Shown: positions 13,201-28,200 of the stretch, one piece after another | How the letters are laid out: every line of letters begins with the position of its first letter | How positions within the stretch are numbered: the first letter of the stretch is position 1 | The notes under the pieces: generated by a model | What the model was told of the DNA's origin: nothing | Databases searched by the model: none | What the model saw: only the letters and a program-made list of their open reading frames with translations | Position numbers and translations under genes: made by a program | Origin: Mustelus asterias | Lineage: Eukaryota | Direction of reading: 5' to 3' | NCBI RefSeq assembly: GCF_964213995.1 | Contig: NC_135811.1 | Span: 18,600,001 to 18,664,000, forward strand | Length of the DNA stretch: 64,000 bases

Positions 13201-16200
13201 AGAAATGGGGAGTAGTGGATGATGAGGAATGCAAGAAAGTAGTTGAAGATTTCCTTATATCCAAAAAAGACTGACGGAGTGGCCTTGCATACAAGTTAGA
13301 TTTTGGAGGGCAGTGATCGCAGAAGAGGGGGTAAGCCAACTTGAGATGGGAATGAAAATCACTCCGCAGAAGATAAGGGGAAATATCTTGATGAGAAACT
13401 TGGCTTGCAGCTTGGGACAGTCAATGGTGTGGGTTTCAAATAAAGCTGTCGTTGTCTCAGATGATCATAGGCTACTCTTCCCCCTTTTGAGGGGGAGAGC
13501 TGACTCCCCTCCCTTAATGAAGACACCTTCATGAATAACCTAGACCGGTAGGGGAATTGAACCCATTCTGTTGGTATCACTGCATTATGAACTAGCCAAA
13601 GGAGCTAACCAACTCCTATTAAGATAGGATGGGGATGGAGAAAGTGAGGTGCTCAAAACAAGAGAATCCATCGGAGGTGTAATGGGTGAAACCCAGGATG
13701 TGACTTGGTGATGAGGCCACACATGAATGTGACTGGTTTGGGGGAAGCAGCTGATTTTTAAAAATCTGCCCGTAGTCTGGATGTCTAGTGGTCCAGAATA
13801 AAGTTGTGATGGCAGAGTCTTAATCTGCTGGCAGAATCAAAGGGGCTAAACAGGGTAAGGAGAGTGGTGAGGTTACGGTGGGCAGCAACCTCCAGAGGAG
13901 AATGTGTCTGTCAGCCTTTCTGATTATAAGCAGTGACGTGCTAATGTAATGGGTTTCTTTTAAGAGGCACAGAGTAACAATAAATTGGAAATGAGGCCAG
14001 GTTTTATGGAAAAAGATTTGATTTCACTACAAGCCATTTATGCAATTGCTTATGGGGAAAATGCCGATCTTTTTGTTCGAATAAAATTTGATAGTCATCC
14101 ACAAGTGGTGGTATATTAAGTAAATTAGAATGAGACGGTTCCGTTGTCTTTCATGATTGTTTGGTTACACTGAGCTTTGTGATGTGCCAAGTTTGAGGAT
14201 CGTTCTAATTAACAATGTGCCTGTTTGATTGCAGAGTTCTTGGAGGTTGGCAAGAAGCAACCCGCTCTCGATGTGTTGTACGATGTTATTAAAAGCAAAA
14301 AGCATCGAACATGGCAGAAAATCCACGAGCCTATTATGCTCAAATACCTAGAGCTATGTGTGGATCTTCGTAAAAGCCACCTAGCAAAAGAAGGATTGTA
14401 TCAGTACAAGAATATCTGCCAGCAGGTATGTTGAACTTCAAGAATGCCGTGCACACACATTGGGTTAGTCTCCTGGAGAAGGCCATGCTGATGTAATGGG
14501 GATTGTTAATCCAGGCACTACCCAGTTTTATTTTTCATGTTTCTGAAGTTTTGCAGACTGGAATTCAGCAAATAGCATTGTTAATGTTGTTTTAATTACT
14601 ATTCAACTACATAGTTTGTAATTAAAATGTTTTTGTGATTTTTATCTTTTTAGTGCACGTTATTTTCTGTGCCTTACTTGTCCGTTTTTTGTAGAATCAT
14701 AGAATCCCTACAGTGCAGAAGGAGGCCATTTGGCCCATTGAGCCTGCACCGACAACAGTCCCACCCAGGCCTTATCCCCCGTAACCCCACGTATTTGCCC
14801 TGCTAATCCCCCTGACATTAAGGGGCAATTCAGCATGGCCAATCAACCTAACATGCACGTCTTTGGGAGGAAACCAGAGCACCCGGAGGAAACCCACACA
14901 GACACGGAGAATGTGCAAACTCCACACAGACAGTCACAGGTGTCCCTGGAGCTGTGAGGCAGCAGTGCTAACCACTGTGCCACTCGTGCACTTTTCAATA
15001 AAAAAAACAAAATGGTGAAAGGAAGATCAGTCTGCCTGTGAACAGCAATATAACTAGCAGCTAACATCTGTTTCATGCACATAAATATCCCAAGATGCTT
15101 TAATTAAGGGCATGAAAATTGGATGCGAAGTGGAAATTGAGAGTAAATTGAAGAAGTAGATTCTAAGGAAAGATGCAACAAGGGTTGGTGGGGCACGGGA
15201 AAGTCCTTTGGGCTGTGGTAAAGCAGCAAGTGGTGGACAAAGTTAAGTCTAGAGGCAAGATGAGAGCATGTGAACTGGGATGAAAGGGTGGGCAAGGCAT
15301 TAAGGAGATTTTTAGTTATGGATTTTCTTCCTTGAAATCCATACAATGTTTAACCAGTGGGAACATTTGTAAAGGTATGAGTGAAAGGTGAAAATAGTAT
15401 GCTTGTGTGCTGCTTTTGGATAAGCTTGATTATATTGATTGGAGCGCAGAAGATCCAATAGCAGACTTATGGCAAAATCAAACTTAGGGATCACAGTCAT
15501 GGTGAAGTTTCAGTGGCAGCGAGTTGAGAAGTCCAAAGGCAAAAAAGCAGATTACTTTTCTAGTAGCTTGAGATATAGGGTTTAAAATCCAGCTTAGGTT
15601 CAAGTTGCCTACCAAGGTTTAGGTGGTGATATGTAGAGGGACAGGTAGTATTGGAGAAGCAGGGGGGCTGCAGAAGGACTTGGACAGGTTAGGAGAGTGG
15701 GCAAAGAAGTGGCAGATGGAATACAATGTGGAAAAGTGTGAGGTTATGCACTTTGGAAGGAGGAATGGAGGCATAGACTATTTTCTAAATGGGGAAATGC
15801 TTAGGAAATCAGAAACACAAAGGGACTTGGGAGTCATTGTTCAAGATTCTCTTGGGGTAACGTGCAGGTTCAGTCGGCAGTTAGAAAGGCAAATGCAATG
15901 TTAGCATTCATGCCGAGAGGGCTGGAATACAAGAGCAGGGATGTATTTCTGAGGCTGTATAAGGCTCGATTCAGACCCCATTTGGAGTATTGTGAGCAGT
16001 TTTGGACCCCATATCTAAGGAATAATGTGCTAGCCTTGGAAAGGATCCAGAGGAGGTTCACAAGAATGATCCCTGGAATGAAGAGCTTGTCATATGAGGA
16101 ACGGTTGAGTCCTCAACCGTTGGAGTTTAGAAGGATGAGGGGGGATTTTATTGAAACCTACAGGATACTGCGAGACCTGGATAGAGTGGACATGGAGAGG

Positions 16201-19200
16201 ATGTTTTCACTAGCAGGAAAAACTAGAACCAGAGGGCACAACCTCAGGCTGAAGGGACGATTCTTTAAAACAGAGATGAGGAGGAATTTCTTCAGCCAGA
16301 GAGTGGTGAATCTGTGGAATACTTTGCCACAGAAGGCTGTGGAGGCCAGGTCATTGAGTGTCTTTAAGACAGAGAGGTTCTTGATTGATATGGGGATCAG
16401 AGGTTATGGGAACATGCAGAAGAGTGGGGATGAGAAAAAAACAGCTATGATTGAATGGCGGAGCAGACTCGATGGGCTGAGTGGCCTAATTCTGCTCCTA
16501 TATATGGTCTTATAGTGTTTGGCTAGGAAAGGTGTATGCAGGCAAGGACTAGGTGTGAAGTTTATTTTCTCCTCTTCCCAACCCCCCAAACAACATCTCT
16601 TATTTTCTAACAAGGAAATTCTTGATGTAATCCAATAGCAGATGGAATTATGGAGTTTCACAGCTGTTTGTTGGCTCCAGGATCTGCCACTAAGAACTGG
16701 GATTGGCTACTCAACTGGTGCTTTTTGAGAAATCTTGATCAAAGATATCAGAATAGATTCATTATTTGAAGTTAGAATGTCAACCTGTGTTACCTATTAA
16801 CTTGATTTGCTCAAATTCAAATGTGGTTGATTATTACAAATTTACCTCTATGGCTGCTGTAAGAAGTCTAAATGTTTGACTCCGAATTGCCTAATGTCCA
16901 CTTGACTTCGCATAATGATAATACTTTATGGTCCCGAACTGCATTTTCTTTTGCACGTATGTATGTCCATCTCCAAAAGTGAATCAAGCCCGAACTACTT
17001 CAATCCAGGCCTGGTACAAATTGTTAGGCTGTTATTATTTTGTATGAATTGTGCTGATTGATAATACAGCTTTTTTTTATACAAATGCATGTGCTGCACT
17101 TCTCCACACTAGATGTGTCCTTTGATTTGAACAACATTTTTTGACTATTTTCTCCACCAACTGTTGACTGCCTCACTGGATACTTTTTACATTAGAAATA
17201 TTGACTGTCTTTTTGGCTCTTGCTTGATCTCTGTTCATCTGTCTGAGTTTTTTATCTCTTGTAGTTTAAGAGGGAGAGTCACTCCACTCCCTGCCAAGCA
17301 CCACCCAGTAACTTGCCAGCACAATGGGTGTGATCGTTTGTTGTTAGGAAATTGTTAACAAGCCTTTCAATACCCACATTTCATGTGGAAACGGTCGCTG
17401 CACTTAGATTTTTCTTGTGTGAATACACTTTGCTTAAAATCGATATTCAAAAATAACTCTTCTTTACTCCAGTCTATCCTGTAGATAAATGATGAAAAGA
17501 TTCTCCAATGATGTTTTTTTTTACAGGTAAATATCAAATCCTTGGAGGATGTGGTTAGGGCTTATCTTAAGTTAGCTGAGGAAAAGACTGAAGCTGCTAA
17601 AGGAGAGTCTCAGCAGATGGTACTGGATATTGAAGACTTGGACAATATTCAAACTCCAGAAAGGTAAGTTTTCATCAAGGGCTTTGGTGCCACTGGCTTG
17701 TGTATTTGGAGCCTGAAAGAATTGAAATTTGAGACTTTTCTATGTACGGATATTCTCAAGGTAAATTGAGTGGTATACTGTTAGCAGGAGTTTCCCATGT
17801 AATGTATCTATTAATCATGTATATGTTATTAATTTGCTCTGGTGGTATTTTCTTTAAACTGTCTTGTTTTTAAGGCCAGAAAATAGTATTGTGGTTTTAA
17901 AAAAATGACAATCAGCCTGAGGTCATTGAGTGGTTATTTGGTCAAGGAATGTGAAAATTTGAATGTGCTGGGTCAGTTGTATGCTCTAAGTTGGAAGTGC
18001 ACTTACTTAAGGATCATACTGTAAATGTAAAATTCCTTAGTCAAATAACAGTTAAACAGTGAATGGTCTGAGGTTCTGATTATTTAACGTTAGCTTTTGT
18101 GGCCTTAAGTGACCTTCACTGTCCCAAAGAAAAAAAGCATTGTGTTCTGTAAATTATCTCACACCATGACATGATCTGGAATGTACTGTCCGAAGGGATG
18201 GAAAACTCAAGTGTGATTGCCAAAGGAGAATTTGGATAAGTACTTGGAGAAAATTTCAGGCAAGGCATGGAGTGGGACTAGCTGAATTATTCTTGCGGAG
18301 AGCCAGCACAGATTTGGCAGGCTGAGTGGTGCTGTGCTGTAACCATGCTATAATGCATTATTTGGGCACTGTAAAGCCATGTCCCTTTAAAGTTATAAAG
18401 TCTAATTGTTAACAGAAACTCAAGTCAGCGATTAACCTGCTAGCTTAAAGCAGGTCAGAAGTGCCCAGTGCTACTGTGATCATTTCACATCTGTACCAAA
18501 AATGTGGCATAAGAGTCCAATACAATCGATATGCTGGGTATCTGGAATGTTTGCAATGTACTGTTTTAAATATGTTCAAAGACAGAATCGGTAAAATAAC
18601 CGTTTTATTGAAACAGTACAGCTGTACTGCAGCTTTTAATATCAAGAACCACTTCTGATCTGTTATACCAATCAACACACGATGCATAAATACATGCCGG
18701 CCCTCTGTAAAAACAATTCAGCCAGTCCCATTCTGCCTTTCCCGTTAACCCTGAAATTTTCACTCCAGGTACTTGTCCAAATTCCCCTTTGGCTATCACA
18801 ATTGAGTTTGCCGTCTCTGCCGACAATGCATTCCAGATCATGTCACACAATGTAATGTGATAAGTTACATAACACGTTTTGTTTCTTATTTTGTGCATCT
18901 TTTAATACCGATGAAACTCAAATTTCGTTGTACGAGTTTCTGAATCATTCCATCGGCGGGGCAAGGAATTATGTTAACAATTGGGAATTGAGAAAAGTTT
19001 CCTTGGTGTTTTACTCTCCCTGTAAACGTACAAGAGGCTAATTTGTGGTATTTTTGTGGTGGGATTGCGAGGCAAAAAAAATCAATTGTAAGTTGACTCC
19101 TGCTTGTCTCAAATGCCTGCACCCACTGCCACCAATTTTTAAGCCTAAATTCATCCTGCTCTCAGATTAAACGGCTGACATTGAAGGATCCTGTGCAGGC

Positions 19201-22200
19201 ATTGGTGGCAAATTGTGAAGTGGTGAACTTTTTTGAGGGCATGAGTTTTGCTGCCAGTAGCCATGAGGTTGGAATCCAAGTCAGTGAGAAAGAAGTCCAG
19301 ATATGTGGGTTACTGATGTATGTGGAAATTGTGGGAGAATGCTGCTGTTGTGCGAATAAGGAAGCAGCCTAAGTGAACAGAAACAAAAAAACCAGTCCGC
19401 ACTGAAGCCATGGTGTCTAAATTTGTGCAATGGCTGAGAAAATGATTACTAAGCCTGATATCCTGATTGAACTGTTTTCTGTGCAAAATACTTTTCTGCC
19501 AGTAATGTATTTTGCCACCTCAGAATTTTGTAAAATAACAACTTTGTGCACACCTCCAGCATTGAGTCCCAGGCATGGCATAAATTGCTCTGATGTTTTG
19601 AGACGTTTTTCATGTTCTTTGCAGTATTTTGCTGTGCTGTTTCTTAAAATTAATTCTGGGTAGGTCAGTGTGGAAGGGAGTTTTAGTTATTTGGAATTGC
19701 ATGAATAGGCTTTATAGCAGCTTTCTTAATACAAGTTCATTCAGTTTGCCTGTATTAAACTACTCATTTTTTATTTTTTTAAAGTTGACGCTGCCACCAT
19801 CTTCTGTGTCATTAAATATGGTTGAAGTTGCACAGAAGCTGTTGGATTGGATAAATCTGAGACAGAAAAAATGTGTCTAAGCTTTCAATGTTGACTATTT
19901 ACAGTGTGCTGCTTAGTGCTGTTAGTGGTGAGGATACCCAAGATCGTACAGATCGTCTGCTGCTAACTCCATGGGTTAAATTTCTTTGGGAGTCTTACAG
20001 ACAATGTTTGGATCTATTGCGTAACAACTCTAAAGTGGAGCGCCTTTATCATGACATTGCTCAACAAGGTAGAGGTTTTTTTTTGGTGAACTTGATTTTC
20101 TGTCTAATCTGTCATCTCCCCCAATGCGCGCACACATACCCCTCCTTTGACTAACTTCTTAAATGGTGACATGACCTCTGCTTCAGTTATGAATTGCATA
20201 GTTCTTTCCACAGATTCAAACCCATTGTTTAAATCTCTCCTCTTTGTCCTAAATCTTGTGCACTTAATGTTATGTGTATATTGCCTCATTCTAGATCCCT
20301 CAACTGTTGAATATTTTTTAAAAATCGACCTTGCCTAACCCCATTTCTAGTGTAAACCCCAAACACTGTAGGGTATTCCAACTGTGGCCTTAGTAAAGTT
20401 GTATATTAAGGTTACCATTATATTTTGAGGTTTAATATTTTACATCTACTTATATTAGCTTTTTTTATGTCCATCAATTTGAGGTGGTTTTGATAATCAT
20501 TGCATTCAAATGTTGCCAAAATATGCTATCAAATTTTTGCCACTTTTTGCCCATTCCAGCATTTTATCAATATCTTATTGTAATTTTCTTTTCATCTTCA
20601 GAATGATTTACTATGCTTCCTATTTGAGTATTGTTTGAATTTGGATGCTACTTCCTGTTTGTACGTCAACAATTTGTATATTGACTTAGTGGACGGAAGC
20701 AGTTCCAGTACAGTTTGTTGGAAATGGCTATCCCCATACAATCACCAAGAAGTGGCCCTTACCACCACTGTTTCCTCCCTTCTAACCTAAGATGTAAAAA
20801 AGGATGCTATGAATAAATATATAGCCACCTTGTCAAGTAGATAATGTTTGTGAAATGTGATGACATTTTTGTAATTTTACTTTTAACAATTTTCCTTGCA
20901 ATGAACGTAGTACGTCTGGTATTTTTGTCTTGTTTTTCTGTGAAGGATTCCACAGTTGGATGGAACCTCAAAGAGGCTGACCCCATTTTCAGTTGTGGAC
21001 AGCTCCTAATGTTAATATTGCTATTTTTGTTCAGCCATTGCTGCAAGTGTTATCTGTTGCTTTTGGTGTTGAAAAGTTACCTCGACATTATCGACTCGTC
21101 TTTTTTGCAGCTTTCAAGTTCTGCCTGCAGTATACTCGTAAGGCAGAATTCCGCAAGTTATGTGACAACTTGCGTATGCACTTGGGACAGATCCAGCGTC
21201 ACCATAACCAAAGCACAGCAATCAACCTTAATAATCCTGAGAGCCAATCCATGCATCTGGAGACTCGCCTTGTACAGTTAGATAGTGCAATCAGTATGGA
21301 GCTTTGGCAGGTAACACTTGAACTTCATTAATTACCATTGACTTGTCTATAACGAGTTGGTTGCCTAAGGCATAGCTTATTAAAACATTACCATTTAGGG
21401 TTATTTAAATTGCTGTCATTGTGTTGGATCCTGTAATGATAAAAGGGAGTCAGATTGTGAACTTTCATTAAATGAGCAGACAGGTTCATTCCCCAATTAC
21501 CTGCTATCTCTTGGTTCCATGAAGCATCGTAGAATGAACTTACTGCTGCACAAAGGACATTCTAGATAACCACTTGTAGTGGAGGGAGTAATTCCTTAGA
21601 AATCCTATTTTACATTTGATACTCTCTTGATTTTGGATAAGGGTATAATTCATGTCCTGCTTTGTTGGTGTCAAATCCTTGCCCATTAACCATATGCTGG
21701 TGTGCCTCCAGGTAGACCTGGAAGGGAAAAATATTCTAGTTTTTTTAAGTACTGAAAAGCCAATCTTTGCTAGATGTGTTCCTGAATCTATCCATATCAC
21801 TTTGAGTCAAATACACAATGATTTACAGTGCATTTAAACATTCAGACACAGGCTGCATCAGAGGTGATTGCCTTGATTACAGCCTTTCAAAGTGCTGCAC
21901 GCAAGAGATCCAAAAGGATGATTCAATGTCAAGACCTAAAACAGCCGACACATGTTGGTTTAATTGATCAACAATGTTGAAACTATTAGCAATGTTAAAA
22001 TAGATTTATTTGCTGCTTGGTTTGCAGGAAATGCCTGCTATGTGGGCACCCGTAATAAATGGAGCTAACTTTAGATGTAATTTCCAGTCCCGGCAACAAG
22101 ATGGATCCATAAAGAGATTGCCAAACCTGTCAGTAGGAACACTATTGGTTGAGATGTGGATTAGAATGACGGGCGGCACGGTAGCACAGTGGTTAGCACT

Positions 22201-25200
22201 GCTGCTTCACAGCTCCAGGGTCCCGGGTTCGATTCCCGGCTCGGGTCACTGTCTGTGTGGAGTTTGCACATTCTCCTTGTGTCTGCGTGGGTTTCCTCCG
22301 GGTGCTCCGGTTTCCTCCCACAGTCCAAAGATGTGCGGGTTAGGTTGATTGGCCAGGTTAAAAATTGCCCCTTAGAGTCCTGGGATATGTAGGTTAGAGG
22401 GATTAGCGGGTAAAATATGTGGGGGTAGGGCCTGGGTGGGATTGTGGTCGGTGCAGACTCGATGGGCCGAATGGCCTCCTTCTGCACTGTAGGGTTTCTA
22501 TGATTCTATACCTCCTAATTAAATCCATTAGGTCTTTTTAAACCTACTCCTAAAAATATTTAACTGTGGGAATTCAAATTTTATATAAATGTTTGAATTA
22601 ATGAGGATCCGGGTACGATGTTTGTTTATAAAGCATATTTATTTTGTAGGAAGCTTTCAAGGCAGTCGAAGACATCCACGGGCTATTCTCCTTGTCCAAG
22701 AAGCCTCCCAAGCCTCAGCTGATGGCCAACTACTATAATAAAGTTTCCACAGTATTCTGGAAATCAGGAAATGCTCTGTTTCATGCGTCCACTCTTCACC
22801 GGCTGTACCATTTGTCCAGAGAGATGAGAAAGAATCTTTCTCAAGAGGAGATGCAGAGGTGCAAAAATATTTAACTGCATAACTAGTAATGAACACTGAA
22901 GTGTTTTAGATTATAATAAAACACTAGGGAGAAGAGACATGTTGATCGGTGGAACACAGCATTAAAGTTATATGGTGAAGTGTAGTTGATATACGAATGC
23001 TCTACACCATAGAATGGCAAGTAGTAGGTTCCAGTTTCCCCATGAAGGTGTGAACTCTTGATCTCAAGGTCCTGATCTTAAAGTGCTTCCCATTATTGAA
23101 ACAATATGAATAATATGATGACTCCAGGTCAGTCGCACTTGGTAGTTGCAGATGAGGCTACTTGTACAAGCTTTTGAAAGCAAAATTATATGGAAATAAT
23201 TGGAGAAAGACTACAAGAGAAAGGTGACCTTAATGACAAAAGCAATATGCTACAGATGCTGGAAATGGAAAAAACTAAAAACAAGAGGTGCTGGAAATAT
23301 TTAGGTCAGGCTTTAATGGACCGTAATTTCCAGGCTTCCCAGCATCGGATTTAGGAGGAGTACCCCAAAGATATGTTGGGGAATCCTCTGAGGTTCCTAG
23401 GTAAATATTTATATGGCAATTGTCTAGACATGCTGGCTTCCTCTGGGCAATTGTACATCCTGGGACCCATCCGAGAGAGTGATTTAAGTTGCTAACTTCA
23501 GGTGGTTCCACAAAGGTTATGCTAATAGTTATTCAGGAAAAAGTTAGAAGAATTAAAACCTCTTCTAACTTCTGTGTAATTTAAAGGAACAGACTGACCT
23601 GCCCCTGCATGCACGGGACCCACCCCAAAACCGTGGGCCCAACAGACTTGCAGCACACTCTCCCTCTCCCCCCCCCTCCCCCAAATGAATGGGCCTGTCT
23701 CTCAACATCCCTCCTCCCTCCCACCCCAATCTTATCCACTTGCCTTAGAAACTTGTTGTCTCCCTGGCCTGTTAATTTCAATTAGACTTTTTAAACATAC
23801 CTGTTTTAGGGCAGTTAGAACAGTTAAAAAAGGAGTGTGTCCTCTGTTAGACTTCGACGCTGAGCCCTGGTGAAAGCTGCGCTGCATCGATGTCGCCCGG
23901 CCTGAATCAGGAAGGACGGGCAAGGAAGAAATTTGGAGGTAGGTAAGTTGGTATGGAGTAGTAATCCAACACTGATTGCCACTCAAAGGAACTTGTCGCC
24001 CAGTGTTTAAGGTAAATCAAGGCGGAGAACAAAAGAAAAGGTCTTATATGGTGGGGGGCAGGACACATTAAATTGCAAAAGTAGCTGGTAATGGGACAAG
24101 AACAAGTAATAAAGTTGGCCTTTGAATTAAGCAACACTAATTGCCATCAGAAAAGGAAAAGAAATGGTGTACAGATTATGATCTGAAATTGAACTCAGTT
24201 TTTAGTTGAGAAAGCGGTTCTTAATCGTAAGTTTGAGATGCTGGTCTTTGTGCTTTGAGCTTCATTGGAATGTTATAGGAGGCTGAGGACAGGAATGGGA
24301 TGAATAATTAAAATGGGAGACAATTTAATTATCTGGCAAGGGCAATGGGATTTTTAAAATACTCAACTTTTCTTTGGATTTTAAATGATAAATTACATAA
24401 GAACAGTCTTGAACAATTATTTTGGGCTACAGCGCGCAAACTAGAGGCTAGAATACATTTCTGCACTGTGGTTGTACCTATACCTGGGACTTCAGTTCAA
24501 GAAGGTAGCTCGCCATTATCTTGAGAGCAACTAGGGATAGGCAATAAATGCCAGTCTAGCCAGCCATGCAGACATCCCATAATTGAATAAATTTAATGGT
24601 ATCATTTGATGTGGAGGTAATCCCTGCCTCATTAGATTGTAAGATAGCAGGTCCTAAAAGAGTAAAGAGCCCCGATTTGATTTTTTTAATGCAAGAAATA
24701 GTAAAAAGTTCTTGTTGCATTGGCAACGTTTTATCAATTTGCTGTTTATTTCTTCAAAAAATACAGGCTAGCTGCTATTTGTGATAGATACAAAGCCAGA
24801 GTATGCTGAATGTCAACCCCTGGTGCTTTTAAGGGTAGTAATTGTATTGCATGTGTGTGTAAAACCATTTATGCTGAAATATTTTCTAGTCACAACACGT
24901 AGTTTCCCTGTGCACTGAACTTGTAGTTAAAATCACTTTAGTTGAAATAACTACTGCTTTCCGTTAATAATGTGTTTTGATAAGTTACATTAAATGTATG
25001 TTTGCTTTTATTGTGGCAAGTGTTATGTTCTCTGGTTGATGCAACCATTTGATTTACTATATTCACAGGATGTCTACCAGAGTGCTTTTGGCTACTTTAT
25101 CAATTCCTATTACTCCTGAAAGGACAGACATTGCCCGATTGCTCGACATGGATGGTATTATCGTCGAGAAGCATCGACGACTGGCTACGCTTTTGGGATT

Positions 25201-28200
25201 ACAGGCACCTCCAACTAGACAAAGTCTAATTAATGACATGGTATGATTTTGGTGTATCCAAATGGCCATCCCACCGAACAAACCTTAATTTTGATAACAG
25301 TGTCATTTGTTCTCTGGATATGACACTGGCAAAGGTCAGTGTTTATTGCCCCATTGGCGTGGCATAGAAAGACCGAATGAGGTAAACGCTGTAGGTTTCT
25401 CCCTCCCCAAAGGATGTCAGTGAAGTACCGAAGTTGTTGGGAAAATACAACCACTTCCTGACTTTTTTCAGCCAGCCTTTACTTTGATATCTTTTTAATT
25501 TGAAGTTAAATTCTCAGTAACATGGTAGGATTTGAACTTGCATTCTATAGATTACTAACCCAGTAAAATAACCATTCCACTACTGCGGTGCACCATTCCA
25601 GTGTTTTTTTTTAAAAAATTGATAATTAAGTAGAAGGCTGGGGATTTGGAGAGACTCTGTCCTTCCTTCATGTAATGGTAGAAATTGTTTCATTATCCAG
25701 AATGTTCTACTTTTTTCTAAGAAGCGTTTTTACTTGAGCTGAAAATTTTGTTGATGTACGGATGGATTTGCCATTGTGGCAAAGTGGAATGCGTTGTAAA
25801 AAGGCATGTTTCATTATCTCGATTCTCAATCTTAATGAGATCTATGATATTTCTTGCATGCCAGAATAAGAGTTGAAGGTTAATTAGCAGCATGACTAAT
25901 TCGAACGTAGCACTGCTGCCAGTCACCTTCAGACAAGATCGACCATACAGGGAATTCTCACTGTTCGTAAAACACAGCAGGCCAGCTATATTAAGATTCA
26001 AAATGAGGAGGTCGTCAATGAATTGTGTAATAGTTAGTTAATAAATGGTCTCTGTAGTAAATTCTTTCCATGAATTAAATTACATCTTTAACATGCATTT
26101 TATTTAATTTGTTTTCTGATCTAGCATTGGCAAGGTATTTATGTATATCTTGCAGACAAACCTGTATAATAAATCTACTCCAGTGGATATGTAAGATCGT
26201 CTTCTATTTCATTAGTAATTTCATTATCTGCCAACCAGAATCTTGATTGTCAGTTTCAGAGAATCCAGTTACACTTCCAAGATGAAATATGTGGCAAATA
26301 TTCAGGCAGTGCTGGTAGTTATGTATTTTGCAGAGATTTGTTGAAAATCTTAGGATTTGATATTCATTTCAAATGGCTAATAAAATTCTCTGTAACTTCA
26401 ACAAAATCCGATTAAGCGTCAGTTGTCACAGTTTAATGAGGCACTTTTAGATTCTTGGTATACTGAGGTCCTTCAGTGTCCATGGTGTACATATTAACAT
26501 TAAAATGGGAATATGAAAAATTTGATCTATTAAAGCTGAACTTTCAGCCAATTTTCCTTTTTTATTAGTTGACTTTAATCCATGTTAGGTTGATTGGCCA
26601 TGCTAAACTTCCTCTCAAGTGTCCCAAGATGTGTAGGATAGGGGGATTAATAGGGTGAATGCATGGAGTTATGGCAGTAGGACCTGAGTAAGGTGCTCTT
26701 AAAAAGAGTCAGTGCAGAATCGATGGGCTGAATGGCTTCCTCGTGCACTGTAGGCATTCTGTGACTTTGTGGATAAATTGTTTCAGGGCTGTTCAGTGAT
26801 GCCTTTGATTTTACTTTACGTCTCCTTTCTGAGCCATTATTTCTCCTCTTTAAAAAAAACAGGTCCGTTTCAATGTGATGCAGTATGCTGTGCCTGAAGT
26901 GAAGGGTGTGTATAATTGGTTAGAAATGGAATTCCACCCACTCAAGCTCTGTGGGCGTGTTACTAAGGTAACAACTACATTCAGCTTCTATATTTTGTGT
27001 TTGAACTGTTTTGCAGGGATAAGTTGAATGTCTAAGATGTACTATTCAAGTTATAATGTTCCAATTTAAAGCTAATCCAGGGTTTAAAAAGTTGAGGGCG
27101 ATCTAATCAATGTAACACAGATAAAGAAAAGCTACAGGGTCAATGCAAATAAACAGTTTCCCTTGATAGATGAAATCAGAACAAGGCCTAGGCTTCAATT
27201 TTCGGATTGAAATCTAGAAGCATTTTTGTCTCGGGTGGTAAAAATTTGGAACGCCCTTCCCCAAAATACAGTGGATGCTAGGTCAATTAAAATCTTCAAG
27301 GTGGAAGTCAAAATTGTTATTGGTAAGAGTATCAAAGGATATGGAACAAAGATAGGAAAATGGAATTTGGGTATCATCTGTTAAAATGGCAGAATGAATA
27401 TTTGGGTGAGGGTGGTGGAGTGGCCTACTCCCTCCTATCTTCCTGTTTTTGCCCTGTAATTTTCTGTAATGTTGCTGTCAGCACCTTTTCATTATCTTGT
27501 TCTCTGTTGTGAGATCAATGATATTTCTAATGTGCTAGATTAAAATTGGAGGTTAATTAGCAGGTGGTCTAACCAAGTAACCATAGCTGCCAGTCCCCTC
27601 CATACATTTAGATTAGTACAGTCTCACGTTTTATTTCCATATTGCAATGAAATGACATCCTTAGGCATGTTTGGGTCATATACAAATTTCCTTGTTAATT
27701 AGCTACTAAGAATCAGTCAGACCTTTATTGGTGGGAATTGCATTAAATCAATACTTTATTGTTTCAGTCAGTGTATTTTGTATAACAGCCAAATTATGTA
27801 TAGCGAAACTCTTCAAATAAATACTGAGTTGACATTGTGTAAACCATAATTTTGCCTTTTTCAATTCTCTTAAGGTTCTCAATTGGATCCGAGATCAGTC
27901 AGAAAAAGAATCTGACCTTCAGCATTATGTGCCTCATTTGCAGAGTAACACCATCCTTCGACTCCTTCAACAGGTGTGTACGTATTTCAATAGATCACGG
28001 TAGAAGTGCAGTTCATTTTTGAATGGCTTAATGCAAAGGCCTGAGGTTTAAATTTAACTGGTGGGTGATGCTTGGACGGCAGGATGTTTCTGCTACTCAG
28101 TTTGTGCCTTGATCCTCTCTCAAGAACCCAGCATTCATTATGTGACACCTGTCTGCTTTTCGTGAGGAATCCTTAATCAAGGTTTGCATCAGTAATTTGC

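Noticed and set aside
22171-22245. tRNA gene (A and B boxes)
   Set aside because: It is the tRNA-derived head of a SINE and continues into the V-domain and LINE tail.
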